Shown here in pieces: positions 10,879 to 24,984 of a DNA stretch of 64,000 nt. The number at the start of each line of letters is the position of its first letter. Within the stretch, counting starts at the first letter, position 1. The notes under the pieces are model-generated. The model was not told the origin of the DNA, did no database searches, and worked only from the letters and a program-made list of their open reading frames with translations. The position numbers and the translations under genes are program-made. This stretch comes from the human T2T-CHM13v2.0 reference genome, Homo sapiens: assembly GCF_009914755.1 (NCBI RefSeq), contig NC_060937.1. One strand, written 5' to 3'.

Positions 10879-12748
10879 TCTGTGACTTGAATGCAGATAT
10901 CACCAAGTAGTTTCTAATAGTGCTTCTGTCTAGATTTTAGATGATGATATTCCCGTTTCCAACGAAATCGTTAGAGCTATCCAAATATCCACTTACAGTT
11001 TCTACAAAAAGAGTGTTTCCAAACTGCTGCATCAAAAGAAAGGTTCAACTCTGTTAGTTGAGGACACACGTCACAAAGAAGTTTGTGAGAATGCTTCTGT
11101 CTAGATTTTGTATGACCATATTCCCTTTTCCAGCGATATCATTAAAGCAATCTAAATATCCATTTGCAGAATCCACAAAAATAGAGTTTCAAAGCTGCTC
11201 TGTAAAAAGAAAGGTTCCACTCTGTTAGCTGAGTACACACATCACAAACTTGTTTCTCAGAATCCTTCTGTCTCGTTTTTCTGGGAAGATATTTACTTTT
11301 TCACCGTAGGCATCAAAGCGCTCCAAATGTCCACATCCAGATACTCCAGAAAGAGTGTTTCAAACCTGCTCTATGAAAGGGAATCTTCAACTCTATGAGT
11401 TGAATGCAGACATCAGAAAGAAATTTCTGAGAATGCTGCTGTCTACCTTTTATTTGAATTCCCGCTTCCAACGAAATCCTCCAAGCTATCCAAATATCCA
11501 CCTGCATTTTCCACAAAAAGAGCGTTTCAAAACTGCTCTATCAATAGAAATGTTCAACTCCTTTGGCTGGGTACACACATCACAAACAAGTTTCTGAGAA
11601 TGCTTCTGTCTAGTTTTTATGGGAAGACATTCCCTTTTTCACCAAAGGCATCAAAGCGCTCCAAATGTCCACTTCCAGACACTACAAAAAGAGTGTTTCC
11701 AACGTGCTCTAAGAAAGCGAATGTTCAACTCTGTGACTTGAATGCAGATATCACAAAGTAGTTTCTGAGAGGGCTTCTGTCTAGATTTTAGATGATGATA
11801 TTCCCGTTTCCAACGAAATCATTAGAGCTATCCAAATATCCACTTACAGTTTCTACAAAAAGAGTGTTTCCAAACTGCTGCATCAAAAGAGAGGTTCCAC
11901 TCTGTTAGCTGAGTACACACATCACAAACTTGTTTCTCAGAATCCTTCTGTCTCGTTTTTCTGGGAAGATATTTACTTTTTCACCGTAGGCATCAAAGCG
12001 CTCCAAATGTCCACATCCAGATACTCCAGAAAGAGTGTTTCAAACCTGCTCTATGAAAGGGAATCTTCAACTCTATGAGTTGAATGCAGACATCAGAAAG
12101 AAATTTCTGAGAATGCTGCTGTCTACCTTTTATTTGAATTCCCGCTTCCAACGAAATCCTCCAAGCTATCCAAATATCCACTTGCAGATTCCACAAAAAG
12201 AGTGTTTCAAAACTGCTCTCTATCAATGGCAAAGTTCAACTCTGTTAGTTGAGGACACATATCACCAACAAGTTTCTGAGAATGCTTCTGTCTATTTTTT
12301 ATGGGAAGATATTTCCTTTTTCAAAGTAGGCGTCAAGGCGATCGAAATGTCCACTTCCACAAACTACAAAAAGAGTGTTTCAAACCTGCTCTATGAAAGG
12401 CCATGTTCATCTCTATGAGTCGAATGGAAATATCCGAAAGAAATTTCTGGGAATGCTGCTGTCTAGTTTTTATACGAATTCCCGCTTCCAACGAAATCCT
12501 CAAAGCAATCCAAATATCCACTTGCAGAATCCACAAAAAGAGTGTTTCAAAACTGCTCTATCAATAGAAAGGTTCAACTCTTTTAGTTGAGTACACACAT
12601 CACAAACAAGTTTCTGAGAATGCTTCTGTCTGGCTTTTATTGGAAGACGTTTCCTTTTCACCAAAGGCATCAAAGCGCTCCAAATGTCCACTTCCAGATT
12701 CTTCCAAAAGAGTGTTTGAAACGTGCTCAAAGTAAGGGAATGTTCAAC
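10879..12748 (-). repeat. 11-mer HOR, type B
   Basis: 680-bp step (11313 to 11993) and B markers. Confidence 0.93.
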
Positions 12749-15128
12749 TCTGTGACTTGAATGCAGATATCACCAAGTAGTTTCTAATAGTGCTTCTGTC
12801 TAGATTTTAGATGATGATATTCCCGTTTCCAACGAAATCGTTAGAGCTATCCAAATATCCACTTACAGTTTCTACAAAAAGAGTGTTTCCAAACTGCTGC
12901 ATCAAAAGAAAGGTTCAACTCTGTTAGTTGAGGACACACGTCACAAAGAAGTTTGTGAGAATGCTTCTGTCTAGATTTTGTATGACGATATTCCCTTTTC
13001 CAACGATATCATTAAAGCAATCTAAATATCCATTTGCAGAATCCACAAAAATAGAGTTTCAAAGCTGCTCTGTAAAAAGAAAGGTTCCACTCTGTTAGCT
13101 GAGTACACACATCACAAACTTGTTTCTCAGAATCCTTCTGTGTCGTTTTTCTGGGAAGATATTTACTTTTTCACCGTAGGCATCAAAGCGCTCCAAATGT
13201 CCACATCCAGATACTCCAGAAAGAGTGTTTCAAACCTGCTCTATGAAAGGGAATCTTCAACTCTATGAGTTGAATGCAGACATCAGAAAGAAATTTCTGA
13301 GAATGCTGCTGTCTACCTTTTATTTGAATTCCCGCTTCCAACGAAATCCTCCAAGCTATCCAAATATCCACTTGCAGATTCCACAAAAAGAGTGTTTCAA
13401 AACTGCTCTCTATCAATGGCAAAGTTCAACTCTGTTAGTTGAGGACACATATCACCAACAAGTTTCTGAGAATGCTTCTGTCTATTTTTTATGGGAAGAT
13501 ATTTCCTTTTTCACCGTAGGCGTCAAGGCGATCGAAATGTCCACTTCCACAAACTACAAAAAGAGTGTTTCAAACCTGCTCTATGAAAGGCCATGTTCAT
13601 CTCTATGAGTCGAATGGAAATATCCGAAAGAAATTTCTGGGAATGCTGCTGTCTAGTTTTTATACGAATTCCCGCTTCCAACGAAATCCTCAAAGCAATC
13701 CAAATATCCACTTGCAGAATCCACAAAAAGAGTGTTTCAAAACTGCTCTATCAATAGAAAGGTTCAACTCTTTTAGTTGAGTACACACATCACAAACAAG
13801 TTTCTGAGAATGCTTCTGTCTGGCTTTTATTGGAAGACGTTTCCTTTTCACCAAAGGCATCAAAGCGCTCCAAATGTCCACTTCCAGATTCTTCCAAAAG
13901 AGTGTTTGAAACGTGCTCAAAGTAAGGGAATGTTCAACTCTGTGACTTGAATGCAGATATCACCAAGTAGTTTCTAATAGTGCTTCTGTCTAGATTTTAG
14001 ATGATGATATTCCCGTTTCCAACGAAATCGTTAGAGCTATCCAAATATCCACTTACAGTTGCTACAAAAACAGTGTTTCCAAACTGCTGCATCAAAAGAA
14101 AGGTTCAACTCTGTTAGTTGAGGACACACGTCACAAAGAAGTTTGTGAGAATGCTTCTGTCTAGATTTTGTATGACGATATTCCCTTTTCCAACGATATC
14201 GTTAAAGCAATCTAAATATCCATTTGCAGAATCCACAAAAATAGAGTTTCAAAGCTGCTCTGTAAAAAGAAAGGTTCCACTCTGTTAGCTGAGTACACAC
14301 ATCACAAACTTGTTTCTCAGAATCCTTCTGTCTCGTTTTTCTGGGAAGATATTTACTTTTTCACCGTAGGCATCAAAGCGCTCCAAATGTCCACATCCAG
14401 ATACTCCAGAAAGAGTGTTTCAAACCTGCTCTATGAAAGGGAATCTTCAACTCTATGAGTTGAATGCAGACATCAGAAAGAAATTTCTGAGAATGCTGCT
14501 GTCTACCTTTTATTTGAATTCCCGCTTCCAACGAAATCCTCCAAGCTATCCAAATATCCACTTGCAGATTCCACAAAAAGAGTGTTTCAAAACTGCTCTC
14601 TATCAATGGCAAAGTTCAACTCTGTTAGTTGAGGACACATATCACCAACAAGTTTCTGAGAATGCTTCTGTCTATTTTTTATGGGAAGATATTTCCTTTT
14701 TCACCGTAGGCGTCAAGGCGATCGAAATGTCCACTTCCACAAACTACAAAAAGAGTGTTTCAAACCTGCTCTATGAAAGGCCATGTTCATCTCTATGAGT
14801 CGAATGGAAATATCCGAAAGAAATTTCTGGGAATGCTGCTGTCTAGTTTTTATACGAATTCCCGCTTCCAACGAAATCCTCAAAGCAATCCAAATATCCA
14901 CTTGCAGAATCCACAAAAAGAGTGTTTCAAAACTGCTCTATCAATAGAAAGGTTCAACTCTTTTAGTTGAGTACACACATCACAAACAAGTTTCTGAGAA
15001 TGCTTCTGTCTGGCTTTTATTGGAAGACGTTTCCTTTTCACCAAAGGCATCAAAGCGCTCCAAATGTCCACTTCCAGATTCTTCCAAAAGAGTGTTTGAA
15101 ACGTGCTCAAAGTAAGGGAATGTTCAAC
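12749..15128 (-). repeat. 2 tandem 7-mer HORs
   Basis: Anchors 13183, 14373. Confidence 0.93.
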
Positions 15129-16998
15129 TCTGTGACTTGAATGCAGATATCACCAAGTAGTTTCTAATAGTGCTTCTGTCTAGATTTTAGATGATGATAT
15201 TCCCGTTTCCAACGAAATCGTTAGAGCTATCCAAATATCCACTTACAGTTTCTACAAAAAGAGTGTTTCCAAACTGCTGCATCAAAAGAAAGGTTCAACT
15301 CTGTTAGTTGAGGACACACGTCACAAAGAAGTTTGTGAGCATGCTTCTGTCTAGATTTTGTATGACCATATTCCCTTTTCCAGCGATATCATTAAAGCAA
15401 TCTAAATATCCATTTGCAGAATCCACAAAAATAGAGTTTCAAAGCTGCTCTGTAAAAAGAAAGGTTCCACTCTGTTAGCTGAGTACACACATCACAAACT
15501 TGTTTCTCAGAATCCTTCTGTCTCGTTTTTATGGGAAGATATTTACTTTTTCACCGTAGGCATCAAAGCGCTCCAAATGTCCACATCCAGATACTCCAGA
15601 AAGAGTGTTTCAAACCTGCTCTATGAAAGGGAATCTTCAACTCTATGAGTTGAATGCAGACATCAGAAAGAAATTTCTGAGAATGCTGCTGTCTACCTTT
15701 TATTTGAATTCCCGCTTCCAACGAAATCCTCCAAGCTATCCAAATATCCACCTGCATTTTCCACAAAAAGAGCGTTTCAAAACTGCTCTATCAATAGAAA
15801 TGTTCAACTCCTTTGGCTGGGTACACACATCACAAACAAGTTTCTGAGAATGCTTCTGTCTAGTTTTTATGGGAAGACATTCCCTTTTTCACCAAAGGCA
15901 TCAAAGCGCTCCAAATGTCCACTTCCAGACACTACAAAAAGAGTGTTTCCAACGTGCTCTAAGAAAGCGAATGTTCAACTCTGTGACTTGAAAGCAGATA
16001 TCACAAAGTAGTTTCTGAGAGGGCTTCTGTCTAGATTTTAGATGATGATATTCCCGTTTCCAACGAAATCATTAGAGCTATCCAAATATCCACTTACAGT
16101 TTCTACAAAAAGAGTGTTTCCAAACTGCTGCATCAAAAGAGAGGTTCCACTCTGTTAGCTGAGTACACACATCACAAACTTGTTTCTCAGAATCCTTCTG
16201 TCTCGTTTTTCTGGGAAGATATTTACTTTTTCACCGTAGGCATCAAAGCGCTCCAAATGTCCACATCCAGATACTCCAGAAAGAGTGTTTCAAACCTGCT
16301 CTATGAAAGGGAATCTTCAACTCTATGAGTTGAATGCAGACATCAGAAAGAAATTTCTGAGAATGCTGCTGTCTACCTTTTATTTGAATTCCCGCTTCCA
16401 ACGAAATCCTCCAAGCTATCCAAATATCCACTTGCAGATTCCACAAAAAGAGTGTTTCAAAACTGCTCTCTATCAATGGCAAAGTTCAACTCTGTTAGTT
16501 GAGGACACATATCACCAACAAGTTTCTGAGAATGCTTCTGTCTATTTTTTATGGGAAGATATTTCCTTTTTCACCGTAGGCGTCAAGGCGATCGAAATGT
16601 CCACTTCCACAAACTACAAAAAGAGTGTTTCAAACCTGCTCTATGAAAGGCCATGTTCATCTCTATGAGTCGAATGGAAATATCCGAAAGAAATTTCTGG
16701 GAATGCTGCTGTCTAGTTTTTATACGAATTCCCGCTTCCAACGAAATCCTCAAAGCAATCCAAATATCCACTTGCAGAATCCACAAAAAGAGTGTTTCAA
16801 AACTGCTCTATCAATAGAAAGGTTCAACTCTTTTAGTTGAGTACACACATCACAAACAAGTTTCTGAGAATGCTTCTGTCTGGCTTTTATTGGAAGACGT
16901 TTCCTTTTCACCAAAGGCATCAAAGCGCTCCAAATGTCCACTTCCAGATTCTTCCAAAAGAGTGTTTGAAACGTGCTCAAAGTAAGGGAATGTTCAAC
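15129..16998 (-). repeat. 11-mer HOR, type B
   Basis: 680-bp step (15563 to 16243) and B markers. Confidence 0.93.
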
Positions 16999-18188
16999 TC
17001 TGTGACTTGAATGCAGATATCACCAAGTAGTTTCTAATAGTGCTTCTGTCTAGATTTTAGATGATGATATTCCCGTTTCCAACGAAATCGTTAGAGCTAT
17101 CCAAATATCCACTTACAGTTGCTACAAAAACAGTGTTTCCAAACTGCTGCATCAAAAGAAAGGTTCAACTCTGTTAGTTGAGGACACACGTCACAAAGAA
17201 GTTTGTGAGAATGCTTCTGTCTAGATTTTGTATGACGATATTCCCTTTTCCAACGATATCGTTAAAGCAATCTAAATATCCATTTGCAGAATCCACAAAA
17301 ATAGAGTTTCAAAGCTGCTCTGTAAAAAGAAAGGTTCCACTCTGTTAGCTGAGTACACACATCACAAACTTGTTTCTCAGAATCCTTCTGTCTCGTTTTT
17401 CTGGGAAGATATTTACTTTTTCACCGTAGGCATCAAAGCGCTCCAAATGTCCACATCCAGATACTCCAGAAAGAGTGTTTCAAACCTGCTCTATGAAAGG
17501 GAATCTTCAACTCTATGAGTTGAATGCAGACATCAGAAAGAAATTTCTGAGAATGCTGCTGTCTACCTTTTATTTGAATTCCCGCTTCCAACGAAATCCT
17601 CCAAGCTATCCAAATATCCACTTGCAGATTCCACAAAAAGAGTGTTTCAAAACTGCTCTCTATCAATGGCAAAGTTCAACTCTGTTAGTTGAGGACACAT
17701 ATCACCAACAAGTTTCTGAGAATGCTTCTGTCTATTTTTTATGGGAAGATATTTCCTTTTTCACCGTAGGCGTCAAGGCGATCGAAATGTCCACTTCCAC
17801 AAACTACAAAAAGAGTGTTTCAAACCTGCTCTATGAAAGGCCATGTTCATCTCTATGAGTCGAATGGAAATATCCGAAAGAAATTTCTGGGAATGCTGCT
17901 GTCTAGTTTTTATACGAATTCCCGCTTCCAACGAAATCCTCAAAGCAATCCAAATATCCACTTGCAGAATCCACAAAAAGAGTGTTTCAAAACTGCTCTA
18001 TCAATAGAAAGGTTCAACTCTTTTAGTTGAGTACACGCATCACAAACAAGTTTCTGAGAATGCTTCTGTCTGGCTTTTATTGGAAGACGTTTCCTTTTCA
18101 CCAAAGGCATCAAAGCGCTCCAAATGTCCACTTCCAGATTCTTCCAAAAGAGTGTTTGAAACGTGCTCAAAGTAAGGGAATGTTCAAC
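16999..18188 (-). repeat. 7-mer HOR carrying the CACGCAT variant
   Basis: Anchor 17433; A>G at 18037. Confidence 0.93.
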
Positions 18189-20056
18189 TCTGTGACTTGA
18201 ATGCAGATATCACCAAGTAGTTTCTAATAGTGCTTCTGTCTAGATTTTAGATGATGATATTCCCGTTTCCAACGAAATCGTTAGAGCTATCCAAATATCC
18301 ACTTACAGTTTCTACAAAAAGAGTGTTTCCAAACTGCTGCATCAAAAGAAAGGTTCAACTCTGTTAGTTGAGGACACACATCACAAAGAAGTTTGTGAGA
18401 ATGCTTCTGTCTAGATTTTGTATGACCATATTCCCTTTTCCAGCGATATCATTAAAGCAATCTAAATATCCATTTGCAGAATCCACAAAAATAGAGTTTC
18501 AAAGCTGCTCTGTAAAAAGAAAGGTTCCACTCTGTTAGCTGAGTACACACATCACAAACTTGTTTCTCAGAATCCTTCTGTCTCGTTTTTCTGGGAAGAT
18601 ATTTACTTTTTCACCGTAGGCATCAAAGCGCTCCAAATGTCCACATCCAGATACTCCAGAAAGAGTGTTTCAAACCTGCTCTATGAAAGGGAATCTTCAA
18701 CTCTATGAGTTGAATGCAGACATCAGAAAGAAATTTCTGAGAATGCTGCTGTCTACCTTTTATTTGAACTCCCGCTTCCAACGAAATCCTCCAAGCTATC
18801 CAAATATCCACTTGCATTTTCCACAAAAAGAGTGCTTCAAAACTGCTCTATCAATAAATGTTCAACTCCTTTAGCTGGGTGCACACATCACAAACAAGTT
18901 TCTGAGAATGCTTCTGTCTAGTTTTTATGGGAAGACATTCCCTTTTTCACCAAAGGCATCAAAGCGCTCCAAATGTCCACTTCCAGACACTACAAAAAGA
19001 GTGTTTCCAACGTGCTCTAAGAAAGCGAATGTTCAACTCTGTGACTTGAATGCAGATATCACAAAGTAGTTTCTGAGAGGGCTTCTGTCTAGATTTTAGA
19101 TGATGATATTCCCGTTTCCAACGAAATCATTAGAGCTATCCAAATATCCACTTACAGTTTCTACAAAAAGAGTGTTTCCAAACTGCTGCATCAAAAGAGA
19201 GGTTCCACTCTGTTAGCTGAGTACACACATCACAAACTTGTTTCTGAGAATCCTTCTGTGTCGTTTTTATGGGAAGATATTTACTTTTTCACCGTAGGCA
19301 TCAAAGCGCTCCAAATGTCCACATCCAGATACTCCAGAAAGAGTGTTTCAAACCTGCTCTATGAAAGGGAATCTTCAACTCTATGAGTTGAATGCAGACA
19401 TCAGAAAGAAATTTCTGAGAATGCTGCTGTCTACCTTTTATTTGAATTCCCGCTTCCAACGAAATCCTCCAAGCTATCCAAATATCCACTTGCAGATTCC
19501 ACAAAAAGAGTGTTTCAAAACTGCTCTCTATCAATGGCAAAGTTCAACTCTGTTAGTTGAGGACACATATCACCAACAAGTTTCTGAGAATGCTTCTGTC
19601 TATTTTTTATGGGAAGATATTTCCTTTTTCACCGTAGGCGTCAAGGCGATCGAAATGTCCACTTCCACAAACTACAAAAAGAGTGTTTCAAACCTGCTCT
19701 ATGAAAGGCCATGTTCATCTCTATGAGTCGAATGGAAATATCCGAAAGAAATTTCTGGGAATGCTGCTGTCTAGTTTTTATACGAATTCCCGCTTCCAAC
19801 GAAATCCTCAAAGCAATCCAAATATCCACTTGCAGAATCCACAAAAAGAGTGTTTCAAAACTGCTCTATCAATAGAAAGGTTCAACTCTTTTAGTTGAGT
19901 ACACACATCACAAACAAGTTTCTGAGAATGCTTCTGTCTGGCTTTTATTGGAAGACGTTTCCTTTTCACCAAAGGCATCAAAGCGCTCCAAATGTCCACT
20001 TCCAGATTCTTCCAAAAGAGTGTTTGAAACGTGCTCAAAGTAAGGGAATGTTCAAC
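18189..20056 (-). repeat. 11-mer HOR, type A
   Basis: 678-bp step (18623 to 19301) and A markers. Confidence 0.93.
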
Positions 20057-21926
20057 TCTGTGACTTGAATGCAGATATCACCAAGTAGTTTCTAATAGTG
20101 CTTCTGTCTAGATTTTAGATGATGATATTCCCGTTTCCAACGAAATCGTTAGAGCTATCCAAATATCCACTTACAGTTTCTACAAAAAGAGTGTTTCCAA
20201 ACTGCTGCATCAAAAGAAAGGTTCAACTCTGTTAGTTGAGGACACACGTCACAAAGAAGTTTGTGAGAATGCTTCTGTCTAGATTTTGTATGACGATATT
20301 CCCTTTTCCAGCGATATCATTAAAGCAATCTAAATATCCATTTGCAGAATCCACAAAAATAGAGTTTCAAAGCTGCTCTGTAAAAAGAAAGGTTCCACTC
20401 TGTTAGCTGAGTACACACATCACAAACTTGTTTCTCAGAATCCTTCTGTCTCGTTTTTATGGGAAGATATTTACTTTTTCACCGTAGGCATCAAAGCGCT
20501 CCAAATGTCCACATCCAGATACTCCAGAAAGAGTGTTTCAAACCTGCTCTATGAAAGGGAATCTTCAACTCTATGAGTTAAATGCAGACATCAGAAAGAA
20601 ATTTCTGAGAATGCTGCTGTCTACCTTTTATTTGAATTCCCGCTTCCAACGAAATCCTCCAAGCTATCCAAATATCCACCTGCATTTTCCACAAAAAGAG
20701 CGTTTCAAAACTGCTCTATCAATAGAAATGTTCAACTCCTTTGGCTGGGTACACACATCACAAACAAGTTTCTGAGAATGCTTCTGTCTAGTTTTTATGG
20801 GAAGACATTCCCTTTTTCACCAAAGGCATCAAAGCGCTCCAAATGTCCACTTCCAGACACTACAAAAAGAGTGTTTCCAACGTGCTCTAAGAAAGCGAAT
20901 GTTCAACTCTGTGACTTGAAAGCAGATATCACAAAGTAGTTTCTGAGAGGGCTTCTGTCTAGATTTTAGATGATGATATTCCCGTTTCCAACGAAATCAT
21001 TAGAGCTATCCAAATATCCACTTACAGTTTCTACAAAAAGAGTGTTTCCAAACTGCTGCATCAAAAGAGAGGTTCCACTCTGTTAGCTGAGTACACACAT
21101 CACAAACTTGTTTCTCAGAATCCTTCTGTCTCGTTTTTCTGGGAAGATATTTACTTTTTCACCGTAGGCATCAAAGCGCTCCAAATGTCCACATCCAGAT
21201 ACTCCAGAAAGAGTGTTTCAAACCTGCTCTATGAAAGGGAATCTTCAACTCTATGAGTTGAATGCAGACATCAGAAAGAAATTTCTGAGAATGCTGCTGT
21301 CTACCTTTTATTTGAATTCCCGCTTCCAACGAAATCCTCCAAGCTATCCAAATATCCACTTGCAGATTCCACAAAAAGAGTGTTTCAAAACTGCTCTCTA
21401 TCAATGGCAAAGTTCAACTCTGTTAGTTGAGGACACATATCACCAACAAGTTTCTGAGAATGCTTCTGTCTATTTTTTATGGGAAGATATTTCCTTTTTC
21501 ACCGTAGGCGTCAAGGCGATCGAAATGTCCACTTCCACAAACTACAAAAAGAGTGTTTCAAACCTGCTCTATGAAAGGCCATGTTCATCTCTATGAGTCG
21601 AATGGAAATATCCGAAAGAAATTTCTGGGAATGCTGCTGTCTAGTTTTTATACGAATTCCCGCTTCCAACGAAATCCTCAAAGCAATCCAAATATCCACT
21701 TGCAGAATCCACAAAAAGAGTGTTTCAAAACTGCTCTATCAATAGAAAGGTTCAACTCTTTTAGTTGAGTACACACATCACAAACAAGTTTCTGAGAATG
21801 CTTCTGTCTGGCTTTTATTGGAAGACGTTTCCTTTTCACCAAAGGCATCAAAGCGCTCCAAATGTCCACTTCCAGATTCTTCCAAAAGAGTGTTTGAAAC
21901 GTGCTCAAAGTAAGGGAATGTTCAAC
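20057..21926 (-). repeat. 11-mer HOR, type B
   Basis: 680-bp step (20533 to 21213) and B markers. Confidence 0.93.
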
Positions 21927-23116
21927 TCTGTGACTTGAATGCAGATATCACCAAGTAGTTTCTAATAGTGCTTCTGTCTAGAATTTAGATGATGATATTC
22001 CCGTTTCCAACGAAATCGTTAGAGCTATCCAAATATCCACTTACAGTTGCTACAAAAACAGTGTTTCCAAACTGCTGCATCAAAAGAAAGGTTCAACTCT
22101 GTTAGTTGAGGACACACGTCACAAAGAAGTTTGTGAGAATGCTTCTGTCTAGATTTTGTATGACGATATTCCCTTTTCCAACGATATCGTTAAAGCAATC
22201 TAAATATCCATTTGCAGAATCCACAAAAATAGAGTTTCAAAGCTGCTCTGTAAAAAGAAAGGTTCCACTCTGTTAGCTGAGTACACACATCACAAACTTG
22301 TTTCTCAGAATCCTTCTGTCTCGTTTTTCTGGGAAGATATTTACTTTTTCACCGTAGGCATCAAAGCGCTCCAAATGTCCACATCCAGATACTCCAGAAA
22401 GAGTGTTTCAAACCTGCTCTATGAAAGGGAATCTTCAACTCTATGAGTTGAATGCAGACATCAGAAAGAAATTTCTGAGAATGCTGCTGTCTACCTTTTA
22501 TTTGAATTCCCGCTTCCAACGAAATCCTCCAAGCTATCCAAATATCCACTTGCAGATTCCACAAAAAGAGTGTTTCAAAACTGCTCTCTATCAATGGCAA
22601 AGTTCAACTCTGTTAGTTGAGGACACATATCACCAACAAGTTTCTGAGAATGCTTCTGTCTATTTTTTATGGGAAGATATTTCCTTTTTCACCGTAGGCG
22701 TCAAGGCGATCGAAATGTCCACTTCCACAAACTACAAAAAGAGTGTTTCAAACCTGCTCTATGAAAGGCCATGTTCATCTCTATGAGTCGAATGGAAATA
22801 TCCGAAAGAAATTTCTGGGAATGCTGCTGTCTAGTTTTTATACGAATTCCCGCTTCCAACGAAATCCTCAAAGCAATCCAAATATCCACTTGCAGAATCC
22901 ACAAAAAGAGTGTTTCAAAACTGCTCTATCAATAGAAAGGTTCAACTCTTTTAGTTGAGTACACGCATCACAAACAAGTTTCTGAGAATGCTTCTGTCTG
23001 GCTTTTATTGGAAGACGTTTCCTTTTCACCAAAGGCATCAAAGCGCTCCAAATGTCCACTTCCAGATTCTTCCAAAAGAGTGTTTGAAACGTGCTCAAAG
23101 TAAGGGAATGTTCAAC
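21927..23116 (-). repeat. 7-mer HOR carrying the CACGCAT variant
   Basis: Anchor 22361; A>G at 22965. Confidence 0.93.
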
Positions 23117-24984
23117 TCTGTGACTTGAATGCAGATATCACCAAGTAGTTTCTAATAGTGCTTCTGTCTAGATTTTAGATGATGATATTCCCGTTTCCAA
23201 CGAAATCGTTAGAGCTATCCAAATATCCACTTACAGTTTCTACAAAAAGAGTGTTTCCAAACTGCTGCATCAAAAGAAAGGTTCAACTCTGTTAGTTGAG
23301 GACACACATCACAAAGAAGTTTGTGAGAATGCTTCTGTCTAGATTTTGTATGACCATATTCCCTTTTCCAGCGATATCATTAAAGCAATCTAAATATCCA
23401 TTTGCAGAATCCACAAAAATAGAGTTTCAAAGCTGCTCTGTAAAAAGAAAGGTTCCACTCTGTTAGCTGAGTACACACATCACAAACTTGTTTCTCAGAA
23501 TCCTTCTGTCTCGTTTTTCTGGGAAGATATTTACTTTTTCACCGTAGGCATCAAAGCGCTCCAAATGTCCACATCCAGATACTCCAGAAAGAGTGTTTCA
23601 AACCTGCTCTATGAAAGGGAATCTTCAACTCTATGAGTTGAATGCAGACATCAGAAAGAAATTTCTGAGAATGCTGCTGTCTACCTTTTATTTGAACTCC
23701 CGCTTCCAACGAAATCCTCCAAGCTATCCAAATATCCACTTGCATTTTCCACAAAAAGAGTGCTTCAAAACTGCTCTATCAATAAATGTTCAACTCCTTT
23801 AGCTGGGTGCACACATCACAAACAAGTTTCTGAGAATGCTTCTGTCTAGTTTTTATGGGAAGACATTCCCTTTTTCACCAAAGGCATCAAAGCGCTCCAA
23901 ATGTCCACTTCCAGACACTACAAAAAGAGTGTTTCCAACGTGCTCTAAGAAAGCGAATGTTCAACTCTGTGACTTGAATGCAGATATCACAAAGTAGTTT
24001 CTGAGAGGGCTTCTGTCTAGATTTTAGATGATGATATTCCCGTTTCCAACGAAATCATTAGAGCTATCCAAATATCCACTTACAGTTTCTACAAAAAGAG
24101 TGTTTCCAAACTGCTGCATCAAAAGAGAGGTTCCACTCTGTTAGCTGAGTACACACATCACAAACTTGTTTCTGAGAATCCTTCTGTGTCGTTTTTATGG
24201 GAAGATATTTACTTTTTCACCGTAGGCATCAAAGCGCTCCAAATGTCCACATCCAGATACTCCAGAAAGAGTGTTTCAAACCTGCTCTATGAAAGGGAAT
24301 CTTCAACTCTATGAGTTGAATGCAGACATCAGAAAGAAATTTCTGAGAATGCTGCTGTCTACCTTTTATTTGAATTCCCGCTTCCAACGAAATCCTCCAA
24401 GCTATCCAAATATCCACTTGCAGATTCCACAAAAAGAGTGTTTCAAAACTGCTCTCTATCAATGGCAAAGTTCAACTCTGTTAGTTGAGGACACATATCA
24501 CCAACAAGTTTCTGAGAATGCTTCTGTCTATTTTTTATGGGAAGATATTTCCTTTTTCACCGTAGGCGTCAAGGCGATCGAAATGTCCACTTCCACAAAC
24601 TACAAAAAGAGTGTTTCAAACCTGCTCTATGAAAGGCCATGTTCATCTCTATGAGTCGAATGGAAATATCCGAAAGAAATTTCTGGGAATGCTGCTGTCT
24701 AGTTTTTATACGAATTCCCGCTTCCAACGAAATCCTCAAAGCAATCCAAATATCCACTTGCAGAATCCACAAAAAGAGTGTTTCAAAACTGCTCTATCAA
24801 TAGAAAGGTTCAACTCTTTTAGTTGAGTACACACATCACAAACAAGTTTCTGAGAATGCTTCTGTCTGGCTTTTATTGGAAGACGTTTCCTTTTCACCAA
24901 AGGCATCAAAGCGCTCCAAATGTCCACTTCCAGATTCTTCCAAAAGAGTGTTTGAAACGTGCTCAAAGTAAGGGAATGTTCAAC
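23117..24984 (-). repeat. 11-mer HOR, type A
   Basis: 678-bp step (23551 to 24229). Confidence 0.93.
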
